Shown: piece by piece, positions 30,086 to 43,423 of the stretch
Layout: each line of letters starts with the position of its first letter
Numbering within the stretch: the first letter of the stretch is position 1
Source of the DNA: Intoshia linei
Taxonomy: Eukaryota > Animalia > Orthonectida
Length of the DNA: 64,000 nucleotides
Assembly (NCBI GenBank): GCA_001642005.1
Contig: LWCA01000038.1
Coordinates: 5,112 to 69,111 of the forward strand
Reading direction: 5' to 3'
The notes under the pieces: model-generated
What the model was told of the DNA's origin: nothing
Seen by the model: the letters and a program-made list of their open reading frames with translations, nothing else
Database searches by the model: none
Made by a program: the position numbers and the translations under genes

Positions 30086-33000
30086 ATGAATACATGTATT
30101 AATATTTGCAACATAAAGAGAAAAGATGTGAAATGGAGCAAACTAGTATACAAAATTACCGAAAGCAGTTTATTTCGGAAATTGATTATGGGAACAATAA
30201 TAATAAATTCTATAACTCTTGGACTGGAAACGGACCAAGTTATTTCCACAAAATTTAAGAATGTTTTCAAAATTTTGGATATTGTCTACATTACAATATA
30301 CACAATAGAATTTGTCCTCAAAATATATGCAACACCAATTGTAATTTTTTAAATTTCAAATTACTCAAACTTTTTTGAGTTAAACACGTCCCAGAATTGA
30401 TGTTTCTTAAAATTCTAAGACTTTTTTCATTTAAAAAAAGGGTAAATTGGGTTGTAACGTGAAGGACGCAATTTTTGAAAATGAAATTTGCTCTAAAAAA
30501 TCACGTTCGAAAAACTGTATTGAAAGGTTCTAGGACCATTTTTTATTCTAGGATTGTTAATTTTTTAATTTTATATAAAACCAACATACACAGACATTCA
30601 AGAATTATATAAGATAAAACATCATTAGTTTAGTTTTGTGGTGAAAAAGGTATTTAGTAGACATACATTGTATTGATGTGAGTTTCCATTTAATATCAAC
30701 TTCCACTTGTTATGATATTTACATTGGTCCCAAATTGGGACTCCCAACAGCCTAAACTAACTATTAAACTGTCCGTTAATTTCATTTCGACAAGCTCCAT
30801 AATTTACAAGGATAATAAGGGGTGGGAAAAGATAACAATTTTAAATATTAAAATGTAATTATTTACAATAGATTAGTTTTTCTCATTAAAATTCCGAGTT
30901 CACTGCAATCCGACTTTAATATATATTGTATTTTAAGAATTATTGGAAAAATGGATTTTCGGTATTCGATTTTGCAATTCTATCGACATCATACATTGAA
31001 ATGTGCTTTTCCAGTTTAGCAGTACAGCTTTCAACGTTACGTGTATTACGAACTCTGCGATGTTTAAGAACATTTAGAACAGTCTCGTTCTTCCCTGGAC
31101 TAAAATTACTATTCCGTGCAATCATCAATACATTTAGAACATGGATATTTAGTCTATTGTTAATAATAATCATTGAAATGATAATTATTTCAATTATTGG
31201 TAACAATTGGTTTGGTCAATCAAACTACATCCATATTTTTAAAAATTACATTTTCACTACCAATTACAACATCACCTCTACCTTAAAAAAAACAGGTACA
31301 TGTAAAATTTAAATAATCCAATACATTTATTTTATATACCCAATTTAGATTCCATAAATGATTGGAATAATTTTTCCGATTCCATGTTATCAGTTTTTAA
31401 ATTTATAACAGCTGAAGGTTGGACACAAGTTACCAAACGAATGATCAAAATTCATCCGTTAATAGCATATCCATTTTCGATATTGGTCATTATTACAGGT
31501 TTAAATAATTTAAATTGTTGAATATACATCAATTTGTAAATTTTTTTATGTAAATGGTCTCTTTTGTAAAGTATTTTATGTTAAATGTCGATTTTGTAGA
31601 AGATGTTGTTAAAATTATTTTATATACATGTTTTTAACCAACTTTTAAAGGGGGTTTTAAGATTTTTTTTATCAAACTTTCGTGGGTTTTTAACATTTTT
31701 TTTAACCTAACTTTAAAAGGGTTTCTAAAAAATTTTTTTGATTAACCAAAGTTAACATTTTTGATTTGTACAAAGTGTTTTATCGTTTCAGTTAAAGTTG
31801 AAAGACAACCTTACAGTTTGGTTAAAAAAATCTTAAAAACCGCTTTGAAAGTTTGGTTTAAAAAAATCTCATTTTAAAGTTGGTTAAAACCATGTATATA
31901 AAATAATTTTAACCACATCTTTTACAATTACGATCATTTACAAAAACAAACACTTTAGAATCGAGACCATCTACAAATAAAACCGGTCACGCTAAACAGT
32001 GAATCACAGTAAGAAATAATATACAATTAAATATTAGAATTGTAATAATCTTGCAATTATCGAATGAAATTTTTTTAATGCAAACTGTACAAGCAATAAA
32101 TGTTACCGTCCGTTTGGATTTGATTTGAAGGTTTGGTAAAAGGGGATTTTTGAATGATGGATATTGAAAAAATTTAAAATTAACGAAAATTTTCATAATG
32201 ACTGAAATGGCAAAATGACTGATTCAGATTCTGACTAATTCTTTACTGTGATTCACTATTTAGAAATTTTTTTACTGTGATTCACTGAAATTCATAATTT
32301 GTAGTGTAAATTACTGATACACTAAGATTTACTGTGTTTAGTGAGACCCAAATAAAACTTTACAAATTGACGCACTACATAAAATGTTACTAAAAATACA
32401 ATTAATAAGGATACATTTTGTGGACATGTATCCTTTTAAATCAGAGGTGTCCAAAGTGTCACCGGTGAGTCAATTAAAAGTGGCTCGCGATGGTTATCTA
32501 ATAAAATACAATAAACGTTTGACATGTCCGACACGTATTAGTTAAACACGCCCAAATGTCATTTTGGCTGTTGAATTTGATTGTTTACAATATGTGAACA
32601 TTCCATTTAGTCCAGTGTTTCCCAACCTTTTAAGTGTTATGCCCCACTTTTATCATTAAGAAATTTCTACGCCCCATAATAATTTGTAACAAATATTACC
32701 ATGTAGTGTCCTAACATAATTTTTTATGTTTATATATTACTGCGCAACAAACTGGGTAAAAAGTTAAATTAAAATTTAATATACCTAAATATAACATACA
32801 ATAAACCGAATTAATTTGTGATTTTTCAGAGTTTGGTTGAAAGATTTTTAGTCTATCTGAAATATGCAAACTTACCAAAGTTTAGTTTATCTTGTTCAAA
32901 AATTATCATTGCTGTAACTTTACCTGGTAAAATTTACCACTGTGTTGGAATGGTAGTTATAAGTTATAGTTAACTTTAAAGTTAATTGTGATAAATTCCT

Positions 33001-34118
33001 GATATAAATGTAATGTTGTCAATGATCATTATTGTAATCAAAAACGCATGTAAAAATACTTCTAAAAATATATCTAAATTTTAATATAAATTGAGCTTAT
33101 CAATGAATTTGTAAAAATAGAAATCATTAATAACTAATCAATTATTTTTTTTTTTTAAATTTTCACAAGCCCCACGTTGGGAATCACTGATTTAGTCTAA
33201 ATCTTATATACTTACTTATATAATATGCTACGCAATATTTGTTTGTGTGTTTGTGTTCCACTTTATTTCAATAACTACCCGTCTTAGTATTTTATAAAGT
33301 CCTCATTTCAATTACAGTTTTTCCTGGGGTGATAATAAGATAAATTTCAACTTCCCACAATCATATCTTACGGGTCAAAAACCCCAATTCTCCTTTTTTT
33401 TGAAAATTAAACGAGTTGGAGAATTTAATAATTAAGTCCGAAAATTAAAAAAATAGATTATTCTGATACGATATGATTATATAATTTATAATGTAAAGGA
33501 TTAAAATTTTAGTTCACTTTATAATGTTAAACATGACGATAGCAGTAATAATAAACGACATAATTGAAGCAACAAAAACAGAAAAACAAGAAAATCTTAC
33601 TTACAGACAAGCCATATTGCGACATAAACGCAATAGATTATTTATGGTGCACGAGAAACAAATGCAACAATACATAATTGACATAAAAGCCAAAAATACA
33701 AAAAAATGGAAAAATTCAAAAAAATTAAAAAAATTATTTGAAAAATTAAAGTAATTTTAACATTTTAAAATTTATTGACATGAAACAATATAAAATGTAC
33801 AAATTACTGGATACTAAAACGAGTTTTTATTAAAAATTCCAATAAAGACAAAATTTGAGTAATGTTTAATGAATTATTAGAGAAATAATTCATTAATTTG
33901 GCCTGATCAATATGAAACCCCTCTTTTATTCCAATTTCGCAAATGTAAGAAATTACAGACATCTAAAATTTGTTGAAATATAACATAGTTCACCTTATTT
34001 GAAAAAATTACCAAATTCAATTTAATTTCATAGTGTACACATTTCAGCCGATGGAATCGGAATTTTCTATTGGTCATGTAAACTACAGGTATTTTGGATT
34101 TATTCAAAAATGAATTAA
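30086..34118 (+). CDS. CATSPER3: CatSper3-like single-domain (6-TM) voltage-gated cation channel alpha subunit
   Basis: Exons 30086-30340, 30938-31295, 31349-31498, 33513-33750, plus less certain 3' exons from ~33883. KIYATPINYWKNGFSVFD aligns with human CatSper3 KVYVDPINYWKNGYNLLD as recalled. S4 LRVLRTLRCLRTFR, pore WNNFSDSMLSVFKFITAEGW, S6 FIMLNMTIAVII, then a coiled-coil-like tail. The 3' end is approximate. Confidence 0.8.
31540..31980. repeat. Long inverted-repeat (foldback) element in a channel-gene intron
   Basis: Left arm (ttaaaattattttatatacatgtttttaaccaacttt) is the reverse complement of the right arm (aaagttggttaaaaccatgtatataaaataattttaa), and the imperfect pairing extends over roughly 150-200 bp. 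Confidence 0.7.
32613..33189. mobile_element. hAT/Buster MITE
   Basis: TIRs cagtgtttcccaac / gttgggaatcactg, with a perfect TSD ATTTAGTC. Confidence 0.85.
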
Positions 34119-34276
34119 TTCTACTATAATGAAAAGAATGTCGATTTTCAAAAGTCTAAATAGTTAATAAAATATATAATTAACTTAAACATGTATAATT
34201 ACATCTAACAAAATAAAAATTGGGTTTTTTTTCTTTATAGGTTTAAGATAAAATTCTAAGAAAATATTTTTATAAT

Positions 34277-36857
34277 TTATAAATAAAAAACATTACTAAT
34301 TCGATTAGTTTGCATTTGAGATCGTTCCAAGTTGGTATTTAAAATTAATTTTAATTCATCCAAATCATCAATCAAACTTAGATCCAAATATATCAATTCA
34401 AATGATAACATAAATGAAAAATAACTGCATATGATTATTTCATGGTCAAAATTAAGACAGTTTAAATAACAAATTTTATCTAAGTGAAAATTTTATTTTA
34501 GTAGGATCGAATAGTCGAATATATCATAGTTTTTTAAAATACCTTTGTTATTCTTTAACCAATCTTGAATAAACGTTTTTGTTTCTTCCGTAATTAGATG
34601 TTGAAAATCAATTTCACTATTAAGGTAAGTAGATATCCAGCTTTTTTCTATGTGTAAAAATAAAAATTTATAAATTATTATTAGATTTTACCAGTTAAAA
34701 ATGGTTTTTTAATTTTTAAGATATTTTCAATTTTTTCTAAATTATCAGTTTTTTTTGTTTCACTGATCTAAAAATAATATGATAAAAATATTCTCTCAAA
34801 AATTTCGTTTTTGACTGTAAAATTTCAATATAAGAAAATTATTATTTTTGCAATCGGATTAAAAAGTACACAAAAATTGTTAATTCAATGTCAAAATTCA
34901 AAATTTAAAATTTACATTTTTAGTTCATTTTTATAGATTCCTAGAGGTAGCAACGCCGAAAAAAAGTTAAAGAATGGATAGAGACCTAAATTATTTTTAA
35001 ATTATTAGGGCTACTGTTGGTCCTAGGCTTCTCCTACACTCTCCTCTCCACGACCCTGACGCCACCATAAATATAAAGATTTACTATTTTTTGATGAATC
35101 TCCTGATACAAGGAAAAAAGTTTTTCATTTTTGTTTGTAATTGTTAGATTAGGTGGTTTAATTGTTTCAAAATCAAAATCAATTTTGATGGGTTTGAATT
35201 GAGAAAAATTTGGTAAGGTGTAATGACTGTTTTTTATAGTTGGAGGATGCCTTTCAAAATAATTATATATTTTGGATTCTAAATAAAAATTTAAAAAAAT
35301 TAAAACACTGCAACTTTTCATTTTTTCCAAGTGCTTAGACTTTTTCTAAATATTATAATGTATATTTATCTTAAAATTATCAATTATAAATTATAATTTA
35401 TAATCCTTACTCATATAAAGTAAAACGGTTAAAAATGTATGTCTGTTTATTTGTTTGTTCCAATTTATTTAAGAAAGTAAGGGTAGTGTAATTTTCTAAA
35501 TTCCATAATCTTATAACAGTTTTTCCAGAGCGATGTTTTATCGCAAATTTCAATTTCAAAAATTGAGTCCTTCAAGGTTAAAAACCCCAATTGTCCTTTG
35601 TTTTTAAATTTACACCCATTTTAGAATTACAAACAATGCACTATCTAATAAAAATTTTTAAATTCATCAATATTATGATAATTTTCAATTTCAAAATCTT
35701 ATATCTTCACGGTCAAAACCCCAAATTACCATTTTTTGTAAAAATTAATAAAGTCCTAGAATTTTATAAAACAAATTCTAGGATGATTTTTAAATTCATA
35801 ATCATTATCAGAAATTGTCATCTGAAAAACGTTCATTTTCACGGTCAAAAACCCAGATTACCCTTTTTTTCAATGAAAACAGCTCTAGAATTTTTAAAAG
35901 TGCAGATGATACAGTTATATCCAGTTAACACACACAAAATTTCAATTTGATTAAGTGACGCCTTCATGATCAAAAAAGCAGTTTAGCATTTATTTTATTT
36001 AATTCCAAACTATTATATTAAAACAAAAAATTTGAAATAATTAACGGTGCTACAATTAAAAAAAAGATTTTTTTGATAGAGCTTATTCCAGTTTATATAA
36101 ATACATTATTTTCATCCCAGAAATCTACGCATTCCCGGCGAAAGATAATTTTTAATATATTATCAACCAATCTTTTTCAAATGTTATATTAAAATAAAAA
36201 ATGAAAAAGTAAATAATCATTCTACAATTTCAAAAAAATGTGAATTGAATGTCTACACATTTCCAATAAAGAAATATGGGTAGAAATCTATATAATTGAT
36301 TCCTTCGGATTTTTTTCAAATTGCAATTTTTCATTCTCAAATACAATTTTTTTTACTACAGCAAGGTAACACTGAAAGAAAAGTTTGGCTAACGCTGGAT
36401 AAAAATCTGATATAAATAACTTCACAAAAAATAAAATAAATATTATTTTAAACATCATTTTGTACATTTTGTATTTTCATTTTTATGATTTACCTGCTGC
36501 GCAGTCTCCAAGTTTTTCGTGATCTCAAGAATAGCGACTTGTAGAGGTATTATTGTATATAATTTAAATTAATTTTTTCGAACAATTTAATCAAAATTTT
36601 TTTAAAAAGTTAAAAAAGATGGAATTTCCATAGGGCTGAGGTTTGGTTAAAATTAGTTTTTTTCTTTACTGTTAACTAAACTGCATCATTCACAGTATGT
36701 TTACTAAAATAATAATTTTACTTATTACACATTTCCACATCGACAGAAACTGAAAATGGAAATATACAGTATTTTTTATATTTATCAAAAATAAATAAAT
36801 TTAAAAATTAACCTGCACCAAATAATCTTCAAATTTTATTCTTTTATAATTTAACAT
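34277..36857 (-). CDS. Uncharacterised multi-exon protein
   Basis: Four 3' exons splice in frame through GT-AG introns (..ESKIYNYFERHPPTIK..QEIHQKI|ISETKK..PFLT|EKSWISTYLNSEIDF..WLKNNK|DKICYLNCL..IICSYFSFMLSFELIYLDL..DELKLILNT..VFYL*). 5' exons at ~36355-36857 are less certain. Confidence 0.55.
35404..36350 (+). mobile_element. Non-autonomous Helitron-family copy (intronic)
   Basis: a|TCCTTACTCATATA start, colinear with 28296-29200. Confidence 0.65.
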
Positions 36858-37467
36858 TTTAGTAAGATACTTTAATAATTCAATTGATATCTTACAAATT
36901 GTAACATTGTATTTAATATGTCATTATTACTATAAAAATACATTTTTAATTTCTATAGTTTTTTTTGATTTATTCTAAATTATTAAAGTTTTATTTTTCC
37001 GCAATTTTCAAAATAGTAAAATGTATTGAATAAATTATAGATTCCTGCAACGGCGAGGCAGTGCCTAACCTACCAGAGACCCCTACGAGGGGGTCTCGAC
37101 AAAATTAGTCATACTTTTTCCAAATTGAGCTTTAAAAATTATATTATTGACTTTTTTATGGTAATTATTGGTATTATTATATTGGTAGTATTAATGGTAT
37201 TATTGACTTATATCATAACTATTTTATGGGTTAAATTTAAAATGTCAAATCAAGAACACTAGATAGGTGTCTAGGTCTATATGACAACGCATTGTTGGTG
37301 GGAAAAAATTTAGGGCCTATTTTTGGTTTTAATTTTGGCTTCAGCTGGCTGGATTGGGCTCTGTATGAGGGTCCGTTTATTACGGACATTCAACGATTTG
37401 TTCTCATAAGTGAGTCGATTACGTGCGAAAACTGTTAATACACGCAGAAAAATGAATTAATTAATAT

Positions 37468-37800
37468 ATGTGGTTTTCATGGTTACCCTTTCTCAGTTTC
37501 GCAATTATTGAAACTGCAGAAAACATATGGTACATTTAAAAGTTTCAATTTTTGAGCACAATATATATTTATATTCATTTTATTAGTGAAAATGAAAAAT
37601 CAATGTTAAATGATTATCCACGATTAAAAATAGCAATAGACGACGAAATTTTATTCAATGTAAAATTTTTGGGTCATTATATGACAATTGTAAAAGATTG
37701 TCAAGAAAAGTATACAAAAATAATAAAATTACACTGTCAAATATGTCATTTATTGGGAATGGAAACAAAAAAACAATTTGAAATATTGCATGGAATATGA
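37468..37800 (+). CDS. Small orphan protein, possibly secreted (91 aa, 4 Cys)
   Basis: ATG 37468 and a 57-nt GT-AG intron at 37530-37586 join to the ORF-track frame ending 37800: MWFSWLPFLSFAIIETAENICENEKSMLNDYPRL..KDCQEKYTKIIKLHCQICHLLGMETKKQFEILHGI*. Confidence 0.45.
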
Positions 37801-38940
37801 TATTTAATAATATAATTATAATAATAAATATTCAAATTATAGCATTGACATTAAAATATTAAGTTCAACATATATTTATTTGTACTCTATTGATTAATAT
37901 TTTTTAGTTAATATTAAAATATAGTTTAATGTATTTTTAAAAAATCATTGCCAGTCATGTGTCGTGTCCTCTAATTATACTTTTATTGCCATTTTGTCTT
38001 GTTTTATACAATTTTGACACATTTTTACTTTCATTTAATAAAACTAATTTACAAGACTGCAAATAAACGGTAAAGATAATTAATTATAATTAATCAGTGT
38101 AATATTAGTATCCGGATTCCGGAATCAGGATATACATAATTATGTAGTTAAAAAATATTTATATAATAATATAAATGTATATATTATTATAATATGTATA
38201 ATAAAATATAAGCTTTTATTATCTGTACCTCAGTGGTCTCTAAACGTTTTCCCTAAGATTCAAATCTATTTTCATCCGTGTTTCCGACAGCAACAATAAT
38301 AATTTGTGAAAAATTTTCCATAATCATCGATAAAAAAATTATTAATGTTACAACGCAGCTGTAAACGTAAAACAAGTGATATTCCTTATACCAGCCTACC
38401 AGACTGTATTGTACCAGACTTGACACCCTACCCTACATACCAAAATGATGACTACATATTTCATATTTTGAATGTCATAGACACACCATACATATAGTAC
38501 GGATGTATATACTATATGTGCAAGGATTATAACTGGGTAAGCTCAATAGTAGTTAATAGGGTTACAGCGTTACTTTTGACTGTTCCATTTTTGATTTATG
38601 TTACAATAGCCAGTTTTACTACGTAATTGTAGGTATAGAAATTGGACTAAAAATCAAATTTAGCAATAAATATTTTAAAAGTATTATTTAAATGTATATT
38701 ATTATTAATCTTTAAATGAGTTACATAACAAAACCAGATGTTACGGTAAATTTAGATCTCATACATGTAGAAACATATATTTAAATTGAAACATAATTTA
38801 TATCTGGGGTATATCCTATTTTATCCGTAGAGCGGTAATCATTGATAATCATAATTCATTGTACAATCCACATAATGTTAATAATACTAGTGTAATAATA
38901 ATAATAATTACTATACCATTATTATAATAATAGTGTAGAA

Positions 38941-39246
38941 CAGGGGTGTCAATTATGCGGCCCCAATTATAGAATGTGCGGCCCGCGTTTTAATATAAAT
39001 TTTTATGTTTTATACAATTTTTTACGCATATTTCTTATTTTAGAGTTTGTTTATATATTTTTCATAATTTATTTATTATTACAATTTTAACATTATTTTT
39101 CCACTTATTCCATTGTTATTATTTCATATTTCATTTTATCAATTAAAATTGTTATAAATTAATTAAATCTGTTAGTTTTAGCATAATTTTTTAAGTAAAG
39201 ATTTTTTTTGTGCGACCCGCCAAGCAAATTGAGTCTGACATCCCTG
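38941..39246. mobile_element. hAT/Buster (Charlie-like) MITE
   Basis: TIRs caggggtgtca / tgacatccctg, subterminal gcggccc motifs, and TSD GTGTAGAA / GCGTAGAA (7/8). Confidence 0.8.
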
Positions 39247-39768
39247 GCGTAGAATAATGTTTATATACAAAATTGGTAAAATATACATTTCATTCTCTAA
39301 TAGAGACACATTTTATGAGAATAATTATAATTAATTGTAAGATATAATTATCTAACATTATACATTAGTTTTGTAACTGTAAAAAAACTAATTAGATGTA
39401 TTTTATAATAATAATTATTTTTAATTGTTTATATTTATTCATTAAATATTGATAATTGTGGTTTAATCAATGTATCCCATGTGGATTTAGTTTAAGATAA
39501 TCTGATTTACAGAGTTTCTCATGAATATAAATTTTATTTTCATAAATATGAATTTATTTTTCATCAATATAAATTTATTTCATGAATATAAATTTATTTT
39601 TCAACAATATTTGTATTGTATATTGTGGAATTACATTTAATAGTCTAAATGTTTAGTAATTCAAATTCAATTCAATAACAGTTCAATAATTAACAAATTG
39701 GAATCTAAATTGATTAAAATTAAAAAAATAAAAACAAAGGTAAATGCATTTAATTTTATGGATACAGC

Positions 39769-40065
39769 CAGTGGCGGATCTAAGATTTTCACCAGGGAGG
39801 TGAAATAATTATTAGGCGTCAAACACATATAATGTATTTAAATTAGAATTTTTATATTATGTTTATTATTTAATTATTATGTATATTAGATATATCTATT
39901 ATTATAATAATACTTTATATTTTTGTATATTTTTCATTCTACTAAATTTCTCAACAATTGCTTCAAAATCTATACTTTCGACAAGTTCTCTTGCGATTAT
40001 TTATAACGTCAAGTCCGATAATTTAACTTAAACTGCTGTTATTACATAATATTGTTTTATCATAA
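39769..40065 (-). mobile_element. hAT (Tip100/ZMYM1-like) transposon end with a decayed transposase C-terminus
   Basis: Terminus cagtggcggatc. The minus strand encodes KLSDLTL*IIARELVESIDFEAIVEKFSRMK, resembling the hAT dimerisation-domain tail. Confidence 0.55.
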
Positions 40066-40144
40066 TAAATAATGCATAGATTAATCAGAAATGATAATTA
40101 TATGAACCATTCTCTGTCATAAATTAAAAAAATGATACATTTAA

Positions 40145-40330
40145 CCCTTTCACTGTCTGATGCAGTTTTATGTACTATCACCACACGTCTGGAATTTATG
40201 TTTTAATTTAATTTTTAATTTAAACTTTTATTATTTTTAAATTACATATGAGAAAATGTATGAAAATAAAAGAATAAAGTTTTTTAAAATTATGTTGTGT
40301 ATATCATAGAATACACAGACAGTGAAAGGG
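40145..40330. mobile_element. piggyBac-type MITE
   Basis: Perfect 15-bp TIRs ccctttcactgtctg / cagacagtgaaaggg, flanked by TTAA on both sides. Confidence 0.9.
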
Positions 40331-40801
40331 TTAAATTATATGCCACCATATTTATTTTTACGTTGTTTGTTAGTTTGATTTGTATATTTTCAGGATATTA
40401 CAAAATTATTATAGAAAATTTAATATTAAGGCTCTATTAAGATATTATGACATAAAAAATTAAATATACTATATTTTAAAATACATTCTCAAAAAGAATA
40501 CATCATAACTACGCCAATGTTACTAAAATAGTAATAACAGAACATGGTAATGTTCAGAAATTTTTTGAATTTCAGAAATATCTGTCAACTACGTTTTTAT
40601 CTCACTATTCAATATTACCAAACATCAATTCATTAAATATTCACAAGAACCATCAAAAAATAGATTTTCAAATTTTATCATAATTTTTGCGCGTAACGCC
40701 GTAACGGTTTTTAACTGTAAATGTACGCTTTAGTATTTACTTATATGTAAAATAATGCAATTAACCATGTTACATGCTGTCATATGCGCATTTTAAGTCT
40801 A

Positions 40802-41197
40802 TTAACCTATTTTCTCCCAATGTTACCATATGGTCACACAAAAATAAAATATTAAAAGGTGAATAAGTTTTGAATTAAACAAGATAAATATTTATGCATG
40901 GCATATTTAGAATCGTGTAAGTATTCACAATGTATTTTTAACGGTCATAAGGTTAATAATGTCGTAACTTAGTGTCCATCGGTAAAAACATTTTTTGTTC
41001 TGAAAAAAAAATAAAATGAGAATTAGATTTTTTGATCCAGATTATGCACAACTAGGTTCAATCTTAGATAAACGATATTATGGATACATTCATTACATAT
41101 GATTTCTGAAAATTAAAAAGGATTTCAATCAGTAGTTTAATATATATCCACTTTTAAGCGTGTGTGGCCATATGGTCACATTGGGAGAATATGCTAA
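40802..41197. mobile_element. MITE with ~38-bp imperfect TIRs (piggyBac-like)
   Basis: ttaacctattttctcccaatgttaccatatggtcacaca / tgtgtggccatatggtcacattgggagaatatgctaa. Confidence 0.7.
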
Positions 41198-42673
41198 CTT
41201 TAATGTATGAATATCTAATATTAATAAGTATGATCTTTGATATTANGTACATGGTAATATTGAGAAAATTAAACGCTATCGAATGTAAGTAAAAATAATG
41301 CGGTTAGAATTTAAAAACATGAGTTAATTATAAAAATATATAATTATTAATTAAAATTATATAATTATAGATTGTACTTAATTATGTAATTTGTTATTAA
41401 TATCTTTGTGTAAATAATGTAATTAACATTAACATTGTACAATTGTACTTATATTAATTTTAATTATAGTGTTAATTGATCAGAACAAAAAGGTGAATCA
41501 CCGTTTTGTGGTTATAATTTACAATTTATTAATACCATAGATGTATAATGTAAATAATAAATTCAAACGTAATAATTAGTAACGCCGTAACATTTTATAC
41601 GTATTTTGAACCGAATTTATAGTCTAATTACAATAATAAATTTTTTTGAATCCACAAATAAATCTGAGTTTATTTTATAAATTTTTAAAAATTAGTGTCA
41701 AACTTTTACATTTCATCATACATGAAATGTTCTCTATTAAATTTATGTTACAGTAAACTCTCCCTATAAGTCTTATAATTATAAGTATATTAATCATATA
41801 TAATCATTTTATAATAAGAACATTAGTTTAGTGCATAATGAAAATTTTAGTACATTAAATAAAATATTTCGGAAAAAAAATATGTGAATACTAAAATGCT
41901 TTTTTGACTGTGAGTCGTTACTTATTCGGATTGAAATTTTTCAAATTCTAGGGCTGTTTTCATTAAAAAAATAAGGGTAATTTGTGGTTTTGGCCCTGAT
42001 TAAATTTTTTTTAATTTAAATTTATGATAATGTTTATAATTTTAAAATCCGTATCAGCGTATTTATTATTTTAAATTCTTCAACTCGTTTGATATTCAAA
42101 AAGAGGACAACTGGGGTTCTTTACTCGTAAGATGTGGTATGGGAGGTTGAAATATATTTTGCGAACATCCCCGGAAAAAACTGTAATTAAAATGTGGACT
42201 TTATAAAATTCTAAGACGGGTAGTTATTTAAATAAAGCTGAATACACACACACAAACAGAAATCGCGTAGCATATTATATAAGTAAGGAGATGTCAAAAT
42301 CTACGTCAAAAATATTAATACTATTATGTATTAGGTTATTCAATAACTGTTATTATTAAAATTACAATATTGCAACAAATAAATGATAATTAGTTAGAAT
42401 TGATAAAGTAATTGAACGGTAAAATATATTTATTTTTTTAAATATAAATCAATACATTCTCAAAAGAGTACTAATCATCTCATTCAAATGATTTGTATTT
42501 AAAATGTATAAATGAATTTATAAATGAAAACATTAATCAATAGTTTCTAAAGGGTTCTTTTATCAATTTTAATTCCAGGAATATTGCATTTACACATTGA
42601 CAATCATAATTATAATTATATATTTCTATTACATTATTATTGTATCATAGAAAATAAAATATATCATGTCAAA

Positions 42674-43126
42674 TCCTTACTTATATAATATGCTATGCAA
42701 TATTTCTTTGTGTGTTGTGTGTTACCGTTTATTTCAATAACTACCAGTCTTAGAATTTTATAAAATCCATATTTCAATTATAGTTTTTTCAGGGGTGTTA
42801 ACAAAATAAATTTCAACCTCCCAAACTCACATCTTACAGATCAAAAAGCCCAATTGTCCTTATTATTACAATATAGAAATTACATTATTAAAAAAATGAG
42901 ATAATAATTGTTACCAAAAAAAATTAAGATGGAATTATTCACTTTAAAGTAAAAAGTAATGTGATATGATGGTTCCACCTGAAAAAAGTTTGGGAACCAC
43001 TCCTTTAAAGGATTAATAATAGTGAATAGTTAGATTTTCAACATAATTTATTTTTTTGGTAGAATAAAAATGTGTCCTCGGCAGAGCTAGGTGCTGTTTG
43101 TACGTAGTACATAGCAGTCAACCTAG
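42674..43126 (+). mobile_element. Complete short non-autonomous Helitron
   Basis: 5' TC after A, 3' CTAG before T, no TSD, and a subterminal hairpin (ctgtttgtac-gta-gtacatagcag) just upstream of CTAG. The same 3' end occurs at 49197 (+), 44319 (-) and 21414 (-). Related bodies lie at ~2570-2995, 33210-33430, 41860-42289 (-), 48175-48490 (-) and ~52815-53140. Confidence 0.8.
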
Positions 43127-43154
43127 TATCATTATAAATAAGCTTGCATAAACC

Positions 43155-43423
43155 CAGTGTCGAACCTTGCGTATCCCGATACCACTTTTCGTAAACGACC
43201 TGGATGAAATTTTGGGAAAATCAGGGCTGCATTTTTCCAAATTGAGTATGATAAATAATATATTCTTCAATACCATAACTATTTGATTTATTTAATTTAA
43301 ACTGTCAAGCCAAGAGCTTATGATAGGCGGATAGGAGGCATATGACACTACGCATTGTTTGGTAAAAAATTTTGGATTTATTTTTAATTTTCGGTCGCTT
43401 AGAGCTTGGTAGGTTCTGCTCTG
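43155..43423. mobile_element. Old hAT-like MITE
   Basis: Termini cagtgtcgaacct / aggttctgctctg, TSD CATAAACC / CATACACC (7/8). Diverged relatives at ~15065-15310 and 37059-37363. Confidence 0.6.

Noticed and set aside
35591-35950. 119-aa ORF with a repeated HGQxPxLPFF motif (similar ORFs at 46339-46713, 7375-7767, 16984-17217, 62440-62631)
   Set aside because: These are translations of the Helitron-family internal DNA repeat (acggtcaaaaacc). Frames are not preserved between copies, so I do not treat them as proteins.
39520-39610. Short ~20-bp AT-rich tandem repeat (aatataaatttatttttcat)
   Set aside because: A low-complexity minisatellite with no further structure.
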